Of a stretch of DNA of 64,000 nucleotides, positions 1 through 9,732 are shown in pieces. Position 1 is the first letter of the stretch. Every line of letters starts with the position of its first letter. Origin of the DNA: a virus (taxonomy: Duplodnaviria > Caudoviricetes). A program made the position numbers and the translations under genes. The notes below the pieces were generated by a model that saw only the letters and a list, made by a program, of their open reading frames with translations, was not told the DNA's origin and made no database searches. The stretch lies in the IMG/VR virus record IMGVR_UViG_3300002220_006617, positions 1-64,000 of that record; one strand, given 5' to 3'.

Positions 1-2
1 TC

Positions 3-941
3 GGAGAAGGCCGGTGGACCCTCGAAGCAGGTGCATTTATCCTTGCCGATCGAGGCCAGGTCATTGTCGATGAAGTTGAAAAGATGGAAAAGAAAGACCG
101 GAACGCCATCCTCACGGCCCTCGAACAGCAAGAGGTCACCATCAATAAAGCAGGTATCAATGCAACCATGAAATCACGGTGTTGCATGACCGCGGCCGCC
201 AACCCCAAAATGGGCCGGTTTGATCCTATGGCAACCTTATCCGACCAGATCGAACTCGAACCTCCGTTCTTATCCCGTATGGACCTCATCTTCACAATCC
301 GTGACGTTCCAGACAAAGAAAAAGACAAAGCCATTGCAAAACACATCCTCAAATCTCATAAAAAAACACAGGATGAAACGATCGTGCCGGCCATTGATCC
401 GACATTCATGAAACAATACATTGCATACGCCCGGAAAACCATTAAACCGGAACTGTCACCGGAAGCAGAAGACCGGCTTGTTGATTTCTACGTCAAAATA
501 CGCAACCCCAACAATGGAAGAACCGACGGATCCCAGGGTATTCCCGCAACACCACGGCAATTCGAAGCACTGATACGAATGGCCCAGGCATCAGCTAAAT
601 CACGGTTATCCCCGGTTGCAACTGCTGATGACGCTGATCTGGTCATTGCCATTGAAACCCATTGCCTGAAAGAAGTTGCATACGATGAAAAGACCGGAAC
701 TTTCGACATCAGCAAAATCCAGTCGAACGTATCCGCGGGTATGGTCAACAACATCCGGATAATGGAAAAAGCCATCACCGAACTCAAAAACCCCGAGTCC
801 GGAAGAACTGCCATCAACCTGATTTACGCCGGATTCAAAGACACGCTCGATACCGATCAGGTAGACAGCATCCTGAACAAAATGTCAGCACTCGGCAAAA
901 TACTGTATAAGAACAGCGACCGGGAAGTTGTATTATGTTAA
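3..941 (+). CDS. mcm: MCM replicative helicase, C-terminal part (5' truncated by window)
   Basis: LEAGAFILAD, VDEVEKM Walker B, ALEQQEVTINKAG, AAANP, LSRMDL, TPRQFEALIR; frame open to window start. Confidence 0.97.
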   Translation, partial: GEGRWTLEAGAFILADRGQVIVDEVEKMEKKDRNAILTALEQQEVTINKAGINATMKSRCCMTAAANPKMGRFDPMATLSDQIELEPPFLSRMDLIFTIRDVPDKEKDKAIAKHILKSHKKTQDETIVPAIDPTFMKQYIAYARKTIKPELSPEAEDRLVDFYVKIRNPNNGRTDGSQGIPATPRQFEALIRMAQASAKSRLSPVATADDADLVIAIETHCLKEVAYDEKTGTFDISKIQSNVSAGMVNNIRIMEKAITELKNPESGRTAINLIYAGFKDTLDTDQVDSILNKMSALGKILYKNSDREVVLC

Positions 942-951
942 AGGAGTAATC

Positions 952-1188
952 ATGGCAGACCCCAAAATCCTCCTTTTACTCAACCACCTGCATTTCATCC
1001 AGGTCAATCACGACATCAACATCAAAGCCATTACCAAGGATACCGTGAGTAACAAAGCAATCCTCAAATCACTCAAGGTCCTGGGTAAAGACCTGGCTGA
1101 CACCATTCAGACGGTCAACGAACAGTATCCTGACGAAGCCATCACCGTTGCCGAGATCTGGCACAAATCACCCAAAAAACCCCGCTAG
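952..1188 (+). CDS. hypothetical protein
   Basis: AGGAG RBS before ATG 952. Confidence 0.6.
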   Translation: MADPKILLLLNHLHFIQVNHDINIKAITKDTVSNKAILKSLKVLGKDLADTIQTVNEQYPDEAITVAEIWHKSPKKPR

Positions 1189-1197
1189 ATAACTAGA

Positions 1198-1216
1198 AGT
1201 GACATTCATTTATAAC
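1198..1216 (+). promoter_or_regulatory. AGTGAC-N5-TATA promoter
   Basis: AGTGAC attca TTTATAAC, 25 nt before ATG 1242; motif recurs 8-9 times. Confidence 0.7.
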
Positions 1217-1241
1217 GGAAACTCCCATTATTTTTTGTTCG

Positions 1242-1952
1242 ATGTTAGTCATCGATCAACGTGAAAAAGACGACGATCTCATTGCAGCGGTCATTCAACG
1301 CTGTGAAGATTTCAAAGAACCCTATTCTTTCGATACCCTGACAGTCGGCGACTTCGTTTTTGACGCGAAAATTGCCATTGAACATAAATCCGTCAAGGAT
1401 TTCGAACAAAGCCTGCCGACCGGACACTTGGATTCTCAGTGTGCCGACTTAAAACAGTTCCCCGTCCATGCCCTTATTATCTCAGGCAGATGGAAATATA
1501 AATGGAACCCGAAAACCCATTCAACCGGCCGGTTCACGTCCCGACACAAGAACGGGAAAATTGCTGCATACGTGTTCGGCAAAGAATGGAATGTCCCCGT
1601 AGTAATGGTGGATACCGCCTCAGAATTTGCCGATATGCTGTTCATGATCAAAGATCAGATTGACGATCTAGATACCATCCTCGTTCCCGAAATAATAACT
1701 AGACACAGTCGCACGGCAAACTTCGGGGACGACGTGCTGGCCCTGTACTTATCCATCAAAGGCATTGCCCTCAAGAAAGCCAAAGCCCTCAAAGAACTGT
1801 ATCCCAACCCGGCAGACTTTTTTGCAGCATACCTCCAGACCGGATTACCGCAAGTAGAGAAAATGACCCTCAACAAAACATCACGGGAAGCCCTGGACCG
1901 GATCTGCAAAACCACCTGGGCCGTTCCAATACCCAAAAAACCCAAAAAGTGA
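1242..1952 (+). CDS. ERCC4/XPF-family structure-specific nuclease
   Basis: VIDQRE, VGDF, IEHKSVKDF motifs; C-terminal HhH-like IKGIA. Confidence 0.85.
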   Translation: MLVIDQREKDDDLIAAVIQRCEDFKEPYSFDTLTVGDFVFDAKIAIEHKSVKDFEQSLPTGHLDSQCADLKQFPVHALIISGRWKYKWNPKTHSTGRFTSRHKNGKIAAYVFGKEWNVPVVMVDTASEFADMLFMIKDQIDDLDTILVPEIITRHSRTANFGDDVLALYLSIKGIALKKAKALKELYPNPADFFAAYLQTGLPQVEKMTLNKTSREALDRICKTTWAVPIPKKPKK

Positions 1953-1967
1953 CATCTTTTTTTATAG
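1948..1967 (+). promoter_or_regulatory. AGTGAC-N5-TATA promoter of terminase operon
   Basis: AGTGAC atctt TTTTTATAG. Confidence 0.65.
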
Positions 1968-1998
1968 TTTTCTTCTCGTCTGTCATATAGGCAACGAC

Positions 1999-2202
1999 AT
2001 GACCAAATCACAGACGAAAAAAAACGAACGAGTGAAAGATGGGGTTCATGAAACCCAGGTCGGCCCGTTCTGGATAGAAGTTGGTAAAGTCCACATGTTC
2101 AGGCTGAAATGCGCCCATGACGATGTTTTCCAGCGTGACGCCATGGACCAGCTTATTGACGCATACCTTGAAGGCAAAATCGACCTCAAGAAACCCGAAT
2201 AA
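1999..2202 (+). CDS. small putative DNA-binding (RHH-like) protein
   Basis: ORF after promoter; strand-helix-helix pattern. Confidence 0.5.
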   Translation: MTKSQTKKNERVKDGVHETQVGPFWIEVGKVHMFRLKCAHDDVFQRDAMDQLIDAYLEGKIDLKKPE

Positions 2203-2204
2203 CC

Positions 2205-2735
2205 ATGGCTACCGACACAATCGTCATCAGCCCAACCTGTAAAATCTGCAATTCAGAATACTGTGCAGCAATAAACGATATGATAATACAGGGGAAAGGC
2301 AACCGCGAAATAGGCAGGGCCTTCCCCCAGATCAACCTCAACGAACACAACGTTGCAAACCACCGGAACCATTTCAAGTTCAAAGATAAAGCAGTCGAAG
2401 CATATAAAAAACAACAGTCAAAAGCCGTGGTCAAAGTAGTCTCGGAAATCCAGGCCCTTGACGAAACCTATACCAAAGCCTACGAGTTCCTGGCGGCCGC
2501 TGATTTTGAAACCACACCGCCCCGTAAACTCGAAGTCGTCTCTGAAATGATGATGCGGGCAATCCAGACCAAAGCCGATCTCTGTAAAGACACATCATCA
2601 CCCGGCCAACAGATCCAGGACCTATTCTCCGCGGTCCTCAAAACCGCAAAATCTGCAGCCCGTGAACTGAAAGACGTTGAAGCAGCCATATGTGATGTCC
2701 CCCCCGTGATCGAGGCCACGTTCACGGAAAAATGA
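2205..2735 (+). CDS. putative terminase small subunit
   Basis: CKIC...HRNH Zn/HTH N-terminus; stop overlaps terL start. Confidence 0.65.
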   Translation: MATDTIVISPTCKICNSEYCAAINDMIIQGKGNREIGRAFPQINLNEHNVANHRNHFKFKDKAVEAYKKQQSKAVVKVVSEIQALDETYTKAYEFLAAADFETTPPRKLEVVSEMMMRAIQTKADLCKDTSSPGQQIQDLFSAVLKTAKSAARELKDVEAAICDVPPVIEATFTEK

Positions 2736-4627
2736 TACTCAGTGAAGAAGACCAGGATCAAATACGAGCAGCAGTTCTCGATCCGGTTACCTTCCGGTAT
2801 ACCTTTTTTAAACGCAAGAAACATCCGGCACAAGACAAGATTCTCCGCTGCGATGCCCACGTCGTTACTGTCAGCGCCGGAAGAAGATTTGGAAAAGCAT
2901 TGGACCTCAATACCCCGATACTTACTACCGAAGGTTGGAAAACTGTCGGTACACTTGCTGCCGGAGACTATGTCTTTGATGAAACAGGTACCCCTGTAAA
3001 AATCACAGCATTAAGTGAAATCTACCTCAACAGAACCTGTTACACTGTCAAATTCAGCGACGGTTCAGAAATAATTGCAGATGCATCTCACGACTGGGTA
3101 ACCGAAACAAAAGCATACCGGGCAACAAAACAAACCACAGAAAATATCAAAAATACCTTAATAATAACCCATTCAAACGGAAAAATCGAATCTAATCATG
3201 CAATACCCACCTGTAAAACAAAACAATTCAACAAAATCAACGCATCCCGTCGATTTATCGTAGCCGTAGAGCCCCATCAGAGTATCCCGGTTCGTTGTAT
3301 CACTGTAGATAACGAAAGTCACCTGTTCCTTGCCGGAACCGGCCTGATACCCACCCATAACTCCACCGGACTCAGCGATTCCATGCTCCATTATGCGATG
3401 GTCAACCCGGAATCAATCCAGTTTCTTCTTGCACCCACGTACGATCAGACAGAAATTACCTACTCGGAATGCGTCGCCCAACTGGACGGGTCTATTCTCA
3501 TCTACATGAAAGAGAACAACCACAAAACCCCGTTCCCTCAAATCACGTTTACAAACGGATCCGTCATCAACTTCCGGTCCACCAAAAACCCTGAGAACAT
3601 CCGGGGTCACAAAGCCCACCGGGTAATCCTTGATGAAGCGGCTTATATTTCCGACAGCACCGTAGCCAACGTTGTCGAACCGATGCTCGCCGACTTTGAC
3701 GGGGACCTCTGGAAAATCTCCACACCGTTTGGCAAAAACCATTTCTACAAATCCTGGAAACTCGGCATGGAAAATAACGCCATGATCGAGGGCCGGCGGA
3801 ACTTTGCATCATTCACGTTCACGTCACTCGATAACCCGCACATTTCCAAGAACTACATTACCAGAAAAGCCGAAGAATACGGAGCAACGTCCATCATCTA
3901 CCGGACGGAATACCTGGCGCAATTCGTTGACGACCAGAACACCGTATTCCCCTGGGACCTTATCCAGAGCAGCATTGACGAGACAATACAACTCCGTGAA
4001 TGTGCCCAGCAATACCACAGTTACACGATCGGTGTCGATATCGCAAAACACGTAGACTTCACGGTCATCAACGTACTGGACACCACCCATCCCCGCAACA
4101 AACAACTGGTATACTACGACCGGTTCAACCAGCGACGGTACAAAACCATCATTGACAACATCCTCGACATCCAGGAGGCATTCGGCGGCGCAGATCGAAC
4201 ACCAATAGTAGTCGATTCAACCGGTGTCGGAGATCCGCTTTACGAAGCCATTGAAGGATTCAATGCATACGGATATGTATTCACCAACAAATCAAAACGG
4301 GCCCTGGTCGAACGGTTACAAGCTGCCCTGTCCCCCAACCTCAAATCATTTTTACCAGTACAGGACCCATCAAAAGTGATTGAAGACCCGCGAGAAACCC
4401 TGATGGAATACCAGCTCAAGATCCCGTATATCCAACAACTGATCAAAGAACTGCAGTTCTATGAATATACCATCAACCAATCCACGCAAACTATCCGGTT
4501 CAAAGGACGAGATGGGGTCAACGACGACTCGGTCATGGCACTCGCCCTGGCACTCTGGGGTTGCACAAACGTTGAAGAAGGCAACCTGGTAGCCTTACCC
4601 GAAGAAGCGCACTGGACCTTCACCTGA
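2732..4627 (+). CDS. terL: terminase large subunit with intein
   Basis: Walker A GRRFGK/ST, ILDEAA Walker B, ISTP, GVDIAK nuclease, DSTGVG, DDSVMALALA. Confidence 0.95.
   Translation: MILSEEDQDQIRAAVLDPVTFRYTFFKRKKHPAQDKILRCDAHVVTVSAGRRFGKALDLNTPILTTEGWKTVGTLAAGDYVFDETGTPVKITALSEIYLNRTCYTVKFSDGSEIIADASHDWVTETKAYRATKQTTENIKNTLIITHSNGKIESNHAIPTCKTKQFNKINASRRFIVAVEPHQSIPVRCITVDNESHLFLAGTGLIPTHNSTGLSDSMLHYAMVNPESIQFLLAPTYDQTEITYSECVAQLDGSILIYMKENNHKTPFPQITFTNGSVINFRSTKNPENIRGHKAHRVILDEAAYISDSTVANVVEPMLADFDGDLWKISTPFGKNHFYKSWKLGMENNAMIEGRRNFASFTFTSLDNPHISKNYITRKAEEYGATSIIYRTEYLAQFVDDQNTVFPWDLIQSSIDETIQLRECAQQYHSYTIGVDIAKHVDFTVINVLDTTHPRNKQLVYYDRFNQRRYKTIIDNILDIQEAFGGADRTPIVVDSTGVGDPLYEAIEGFNAYGYVFTNKSKRALVERLQAALSPNLKSFLPVQDPSKVIEDPRETLMEYQLKIPYIQQLIKELQFYEYTINQSTQTIRFKGRDGVNDDSVMALALALWGCTNVEEGNLVALPEEAHWTFT
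2897..3361 (+). mobile_element. class-3 (Ala-start) mini-intein, 155 aa, in TerL Walker A
   Basis: GK|ALDLNTPILT...ADASHDW...VRCITVD...PTHN|S; W-C-T triplet; no LAGLIDADG. Confidence 0.92.
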
Positions 4628-4669
4628 GGTTCTGTCTTTAAATCCAACTTCGATGTTATATTTAAGCAT

Positions 4670-4981
4670 ATGAGCCCTGAACCAAGTGCTGTGGTAAAGG
4701 GGAAGATTGCAGAAGCATTACTTTCCAACGGAGAATTATGGGAACTCAAAAGCAAGATGACCAGCGAACACGACCAGGAGATCATGGTCCGTGCAGTTCA
4801 GGTCATGGGATCCCTCGTGAAAGAGATACTGGCTGCCCACGGTCTGGAACCCGGAGACGGAGCCAGGATCTATGCTGAAATCATGACAACCCCGGATCAG
4901 ATGTCCCGGGAAATCTACCATAAAATGAACGATCATCTCAAATCCGAGATCCTCATCGTCAATTCCAAAGATTACATTTAA
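4670..4981 (+). CDS. hypothetical protein
   Basis: ORF, typical codon usage. Confidence 0.6.
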   Translation: MSPEPSAVVKGKIAEALLSNGELWELKSKMTSEHDQEIMVRAVQVMGSLVKEILAAHGLEPGDGARIYAEIMTTPDQMSREIYHKMNDHLKSEILIVNSKDYI

Positions 4982-4994
4982 CTTTTTTTTTCAA

Positions 4995-5013
4995 AGTGAC
5001 TTTTGTTTATATC
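4995..5013 (+). promoter_or_regulatory. AGTGAC-N5-TATA promoter of HNH-portal
   Basis: AGTGAC ttttg TTTATATC. Confidence 0.7.
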
Positions 5014-5029
5014 CTGTTCACCCTCACGA

Positions 5030-5443
5030 GTGTATAACCTGTTACGGAGCAGGGTCACAGACACAGGATGTGGTCGTATTCACAGACGACAAACGACACA
5101 AAATCCCTACAATCGGAAATTACGTGAACGGGTAAAAGAACGCGATAACCATCAATGTGTTGTATGCGGGTCAAAAGATAACCTGACCATCCACCACAAA
5201 GATAACAACCATAAAAACAATGACCTGGCCAACCTGGTCACTCTTTGTAAACCCTGTCACGAGAAAATCCACACGCACCGGAAACAACGTAAGAAAGAAC
5301 AGTGTCGGATCCAGCAACAACTCAAAGGGCTGATCCAAGAGGTATCCGGCCACCCTGACACTGTAATCCAGGATGCACTGGTAAAATACAGCAACCTCAG
5401 CCATGTAGCAATGGATCTTGCCAGTGCCGTAGAAACGGGGTAA
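5030..5443 (+). CDS. HNH endonuclease (packaging-associated)
   Basis: RDNHQCVVCG..LTIHHKD..NLVTLCKPCH; GTG start chosen downstream of promoter (uncertain). Confidence 0.9.
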   Translation: MYNLLRSRVTDTGCGRIHRRQTTQNPYNRKLRERVKERDNHQCVVCGSKDNLTIHHKDNNHKNNDLANLVTLCKPCHEKIHTHRKQRKKEQCRIQQQLKGLIQEVSGHPDTVIQDALVKYSNLSHVAMDLASAVETG

Positions 5444-5449
5444 TCAGCA

Positions 5450-6910
5450 ATGGGACTATTTGACAGTTTGACAAAACCAAATACAGCAGTTGAGGCAAGC
5501 GGCGGAGATACCGATCTCGATTTTGGTATGATCGGGGCCCTGCCGGCCAACATCTACATACCCGGCCAGGGATACGCCCGTGATGCATTCTTTGATGACG
5601 TCAATGCAATCCTGACCTACAGCCCCCCGGGCGAGATTGAGAAGATAACCCAGGCCAAAGGCTGGGATCTCATTGCAATGCGGCTGAACAAACAGGGTAA
5701 ACTTACCCGGATTGTCCGGACCACGTCACGCAGCATGATGAGTTACCAGTATGCCTCTACAGACCCAAAAGCCCTTGACTTCTGGAACAAAGAGTCAAAA
5801 CGTCTTCTCTTCAAACACCTGACCGTTGAAATGGCCAACGATTACCAGGAATACGGCCGGGTATTTGTTGAACCGGTCCGTGAAGTTCGGAACGCCCAAC
5901 AGTCCGTCCGGAAACGAAAACTCTTAAAACTGGTAAAACTCGAGCCGGCATCCATCCGGGTATTCCGCAACAACCTTACAGATTTAATTGAACTCAAAGA
6001 AGCATTACGTGATGGGACTATCCCATCCTTCTACTCCCGCCACATCAACAGTTTCGGCAAGAACGGGACTGACATTGTTGCATTCATCCAGAACTGGGAC
6101 CACCGTGCAGAGGGGCTGTCCGTATTCTTCCTGCCAACCGAACTGATCTACCTGTTCCGGAACGTAGATTACGATACCCCGAACGGCAACAGCGTCTATC
6201 GTGAGAATTACCAGAATGCAATGAACAAACTCAAACTGGAACGCGGCGAAGCGATCATGGGATCCCGGTACGTTGACCCCCTGATAAAATTCTTCATCCC
6301 TGAAAAATGGTGGAGTAAACGCCGAAAACTGGTTGAAGAGATCAAAGCCGGTATCCGGGCGGGCCTCAATATCTTCATGCCCGTCGGTATGGACGCCAAA
6401 GCCCTCGAGACCCAGGGTACCCCGGAAGGTGTCCTCAAAGCCCAGGAACATGTTGAGAAACAAATTATTGCCGGCATGGGTTTTGCAGATTCTTTCACAG
6501 ACAGCAACTCATCCAACCGGTCGGTCGGAGATATCCAGCTGGCATTCTTCGAACGGGACCTGGACGATGACCGCGACCTGTTCGCCACAACCCTCCAGAC
6601 CAAACTCATTGAACCCTATCTGAAAGAACACGGCTTTCCCGGTGCAGAGATCACGTTCAAGTTCACGGACCTGACCCCTCAGGACAAAGTCGAGAAACAA
6701 AAGTTACTGATCCCGCTGGTCCCATTCATGACCAAAACCCAGGTTGTCAAGTTCTTCAACGACATTGACTACCCGGTCGGCCCGGGCGAAGAAGATGAAC
6801 TCATGACAAAACTCAAATCATTCATTCCCCCGCGAGAAGACAAAACGGCTGCAGCCCAACCAAAGTCCGGAAAAGGCAAACCAACTTCTGACGAATCAGA
6901 AGCAAACTAA
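5450..6910 (+). CDS. portal protein
   Basis: 486 aa after terL; YGRVFVE, LEPASIR, NGNS, SNRS portal-like motifs. Confidence 0.8.
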   Translation: MGLFDSLTKPNTAVEASGGDTDLDFGMIGALPANIYIPGQGYARDAFFDDVNAILTYSPPGEIEKITQAKGWDLIAMRLNKQGKLTRIVRTTSRSMMSYQYASTDPKALDFWNKESKRLLFKHLTVEMANDYQEYGRVFVEPVREVRNAQQSVRKRKLLKLVKLEPASIRVFRNNLTDLIELKEALRDGTIPSFYSRHINSFGKNGTDIVAFIQNWDHRAEGLSVFFLPTELIYLFRNVDYDTPNGNSVYRENYQNAMNKLKLERGEAIMGSRYVDPLIKFFIPEKWWSKRRKLVEEIKAGIRAGLNIFMPVGMDAKALETQGTPEGVLKAQEHVEKQIIAGMGFADSFTDSNSSNRSVGDIQLAFFERDLDDDRDLFATTLQTKLIEPYLKEHGFPGAEITFKFTDLTPQDKVEKQKLLIPLVPFMTKTQVVKFFNDIDYPVGPGEEDELMTKLKSFIPPREDKTAAAQPKSGKGKPTSDESEAN

Positions 6911-6929
6911 CTTTTTTTTAAAAAAAGAA

Positions 6930-7424
6930 TTAGATGAAAACTGTCGGTACAAATAAGTTCCCGACAATCGTCTCAGTTTCGAACAAATAGTTTGCCGGTA
7001 CCCATGCATTAAGCGCACCGGAGGTCCCGAGGTTCCCCGAGGGAATAAGCCAGATCTTAGCGCCGTTACCTACGGATTCTTCTGCAAGGTTAGGCAGTAC
7101 ATCGGCAATATGAAGATCACCCTCAAGAGTAGCAACGCCAGTCCCAAGAATCGTGTTCGGGCCGCCGTATGCAACGTAATTGACAAGAGAATATTCCATA
7201 CCCGGGACAAGGCCGTGAGCATTGAATACGAACATCGGGGCAGGTTCGAACTTATACATCAGTTTCCCGAACGCACCGTCAACAACGGGGTTCCAGGACC
7301 CATCCTTTTCAACAAGAGTAATAGATGCAGCATTACCTGCCGCCGCAACCGGTGCGACCGCAACAAAAACCAGTGCCAGTGCAAGAAACACCGACATTAA
7401 CAACGTTGTTCTCATTTTATACAT
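6930..7424 (-). CDS. secreted/surface protein
   Basis: N-terminal signal peptide, beta-rich domain. Confidence 0.7.
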   Translation of the reverse strand: MYKMRTTLLMSVFLALALVFVAVAPVAAAGNAASITLVEKDGSWNPVVDGAFGKLMYKFEPAPMFVFNAHGLVPGMEYSLVNYVAYGGPNTILGTGVATLEGDLHIADVLPNLAEESVGNGAKIWLIPSGNLGTSGALNAWVPANYLFETETIVGNLFVPTVFI

Positions 7425-7517
7425 CCACCTGGATCATAAGAAACAGGTATCTATTAATTATGATTTAAATCAAAATAAAGGCTGTGATTTAATAAATATA
7501 AATTAAAAAAAAATCAG

Positions 7518-7685
7518 TTAACCCCATATGAGTGCATGAATCGCTCCTAAAAATGGTGTTCTGCGAGCTGTATATTGAACGTGCCGTTTCTGGATACTTT
7601 TCACGTTCGATTCAATGGTCTTAACCATCGTATTAATCTGATCAATTTCAGTCTGGATCAGTTGTTCATCACATGGGGTAATCAT
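7518..7685 (-). CDS. small coiled-coil protein (55 aa, absent from ORF track)
   Basis: MITPCDEQLIQTEIDQINT...HALIWG; resembles 7898-8137. Confidence 0.5.
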   Translation of the reverse strand: MITPCDEQLIQTEIDQINTMVKTIESNVKSIQKRHVQYTARRTPFLGAIHALIWG

Positions 7686-7701
7686 CGTTCATCTCCAAAA
7701 A

Positions 7702-7905
7702 TTAATAGAAAGCGGCTGCCAGACTGACAATCCCGGAGATCGCCAATGCAATCCCGTAGTTCATCCAACGAGCCTTTTTAAGATCCTCAACATCAGAGCA
7801 AACCTGTTTGTGTTCATCCCGGATCCATTCAACATGCGTATTAAGCGTCGCTATCTCTGACTTAATATCCGACAATTTTTCCAGAATAGCGTCGTGGTCA
7901 GCCAT
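7702..7905 (-). CDS. coiled coil plus C-terminal TM protein (XhlA/holin-like)
   Basis: coiled coil then YGIALAISGIVSLAAAFY. Confidence 0.6.
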   Translation of the reverse strand: MADHDAILEKLSDIKSEIATLNTHVEWIRDEHKQVCSDVEDLKKARWMNYGIALAISGIVSLAAAFY

Positions 7906-8137
7906 AATGAAGAACCGAATAGAATATCACATGAAACCCAGTCGTTGCAATAACAGCGATTACAATAATCTCAAGGGCCTGTTTTTTCCAAAGAGATCGG
8001 TAAACCTGGGTTGCCTTCTGATAATCCTGTTTACAGGTTTTATACATCCCCTGAACTTCAATCAGATTCGTTTTAATGGTCTGTAAAGACGTTTCTAAAT
8101 CTGTAATTTCTTGTTCACAGATTGATGAACCTGACAT
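7898..8137 (-). CDS. coiled coil plus C-terminal TM protein
   Basis: hydrophobic C-terminus; minus-strand TTAAATA about 24 nt upstream. Confidence 0.6.
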   Translation of the reverse strand: MSGSSICEQEITDLETSLQTIKTNLIEVQGMYKTCKQDYQKATQVYRSLWKKQALEIIVIAVIATTGFHVIFYSVLHYG

Positions 8138-8176
8138 AGGCTATAACTACTAAGCAAACATATTTAAGGAAATGTC

Positions 8177-8240
8177 TGGGTGCCCGATCGGGTAATCCCC
8201 CTGCCTGATGGACCGGGGGAATACTCCGTCGGTTCACCCA
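8177..8240 (+). repeat. conserved hairpin element copy 1
   Basis: TGGGTG-CCCGA-TCGGGTAATCCCC..CC-TGAT-GG..GGGGGAATACTCCG-TCGG..CACCCA. Confidence 0.9.
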
Positions 8241-8268
8241 ATACAAGGACATTAATCATTCCAGCAAG

Positions 8269-8595
8269 GTGATTAACATGAACCACAGACGACCAAATTT
8301 TATCAAACTACCGTCAGGCATGCTGGTGAACACCGGCAGTATTGTCAGAGTGTACATCCCGAACATGGGAACCACCCTGAACCGTTCTGAAACCACCGTT
8401 ACCCTGACACTGGATGGATGGGAATGGCCTGTATCCTATTGTGACGCCCCATCAAATGAATCGGCATTGAAAATACTCAATGCATTCTGCCAGTTCCTCA
8501 ACGAAGAGATCTCGTATAACCGCTTCCAGGACCTTGTTGATGCGCAACTCAAAGGAGATGCAGCAGTATGCATCCAACCGATCCTCTGCGGTTAA
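8269..8595 (+). CDS. hypothetical protein
   Basis: GGTGA RBS; start may be ATG 8278. Confidence 0.6.
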   Translation: MINMNHRRPNFIKLPSGMLVNTGSIVRVYIPNMGTTLNRSETTVTLTLDGWEWPVSYCDAPSNESALKILNAFCQFLNEEISYNRFQDLVDAQLKGDAAVCIQPILCG

Positions 8596-8834
8596 AGGTC
8601 GGAGACAGAGTTACTGCTAAAACCGCAAAGTCGTTGGGATACCTGGAAATCATATCCATCTATTCCAACACGGGCCTCACTGCCAGAGCCCTGCTTACCG
8701 GGAAAAATGCAGTATATTCCTGCGAAAACATCGAAGATCTCGTACTTCTGGACCGGGTAAAGAACAAGAACCCACGACCCCAGTCAACGGCTGAACACCG
8801 CCAGTACCAGAAAGACCTGCTCAAAAGTGATTGA
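8568..8834 (+). CDS. hypothetical SH3-like protein
   Basis: LKVGDRV motif. Confidence 0.55.
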   Translation: MHPTDPLRLKVGDRVTAKTAKSLGYLEIISIYSNTGLTARALLTGKNAVYSCENIEDLVLLDRVKNKNPRPQSTAEHRQYQKDLLKSD

Positions 8835-9061
8835 TCATGTACTCCCCAGAAGAGTTCGGGGCCTGGGCCCGACAGATCCACCGGGCCGGCGCTCATTTTA
8901 CGTTTGCCAACTTACCCCACGACAAGATCCGTGCCAGAAACGATACCCATCCGAACATCCAGGATCTGGCTGACCGCGGAATGATCCGGGTACTCCCGAA
9001 CGGTGCAATGATCAAAAGCATATTTTTCTACCACCTGGCATTACACGAGAGCAAACAATGA
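8831..9061 (+). CDS. hypothetical protein
   Basis: coupled ORF. Confidence 0.55.
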   Translation: MIMYSPEEFGAWARQIHRAGAHFTFANLPHDKIRARNDTHPNIQDLADRGMIRVLPNGAMIKSIFFYHLALHESKQ

Positions 9062-9348
9062 CAACCATGACTTACACCGGCATCGGGGATTATGCAAAGC
9101 ATATCGCCAATTTCAACGATCTGGCACTCAAAGAAGTGATTTCAAAATACTTCACTATTGAAGAAATCCCAGATTATGCCACTCAAGACGGTATGAACGA
9201 CACCCAAGTTATACGAACATGGTTCGTTTGCCGTAACGGAATCCGGATAATGGAAGTGATCCATACGTCACAAATCGACCTCAATTACGGTAAAATAAAT
9301 ATCAAATCCTCATATCGCTGGCTGATCGACCATGAAAAAACCGCATAA
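9058..9348 (+). CDS. hypothetical protein
   Basis: ATGA coupling. Confidence 0.6.
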   Translation: MTTMTYTGIGDYAKHIANFNDLALKEVISKYFTIEEIPDYATQDGMNDTQVIRTWFVCRNGIRIMEVIHTSQIDLNYGKINIKSSYRWLIDHEKTA

Positions 9349-9526
9349 AATCGAACGGACCCAAAAAGCGTTCCTGAAAGCCATGAAAAAGAAATTTGCA
9401 GAGGACCCGACTGCATCATCCCGCACACTGGCAGAACAAGCCGGCACCCTGCAGGTCCGGCATCCCCAGTATTACGACCATCTCACCCTGGTCCCGTATC
9501 AGACAACGCCCTGGGGGTTCCTGTAA
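9332..9526 (+). CDS. hypothetical protein
   Basis: coupled ORF. Confidence 0.5.
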   Translation: MKKPHKIERTQKAFLKAMKKKFAEDPTASSRTLAEQAGTLQVRHPQYYDHLTLVPYQTTPWGFL

Positions 9527-9732
9527 TGGTTGATATCGAATGTGCCTTAACTGAATCATTAATCGAAGAACTCGCAAAACGCAAAGGCGTCACCGCCCTG
9601 TTTGCATCTTCAAAAATGATCGACTATGAAGCAACCACCTTCACTCAAGGGCTGACACAGCAATATGCCAAAATCCATAAAATAGTGCAAGGATATGGCC
9701 CGGCAACAATCCTGGTAATTAAACATGACTGA
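9526..9732 (+). CDS. hypothetical protein
   Basis: TAATG coupling. Confidence 0.6.
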   Translation: MVDIECALTESLIEELAKRKGVTALFASSKMIDYEATTFTQGLTQQYAKIHKIVQGYGPATILVIKHD

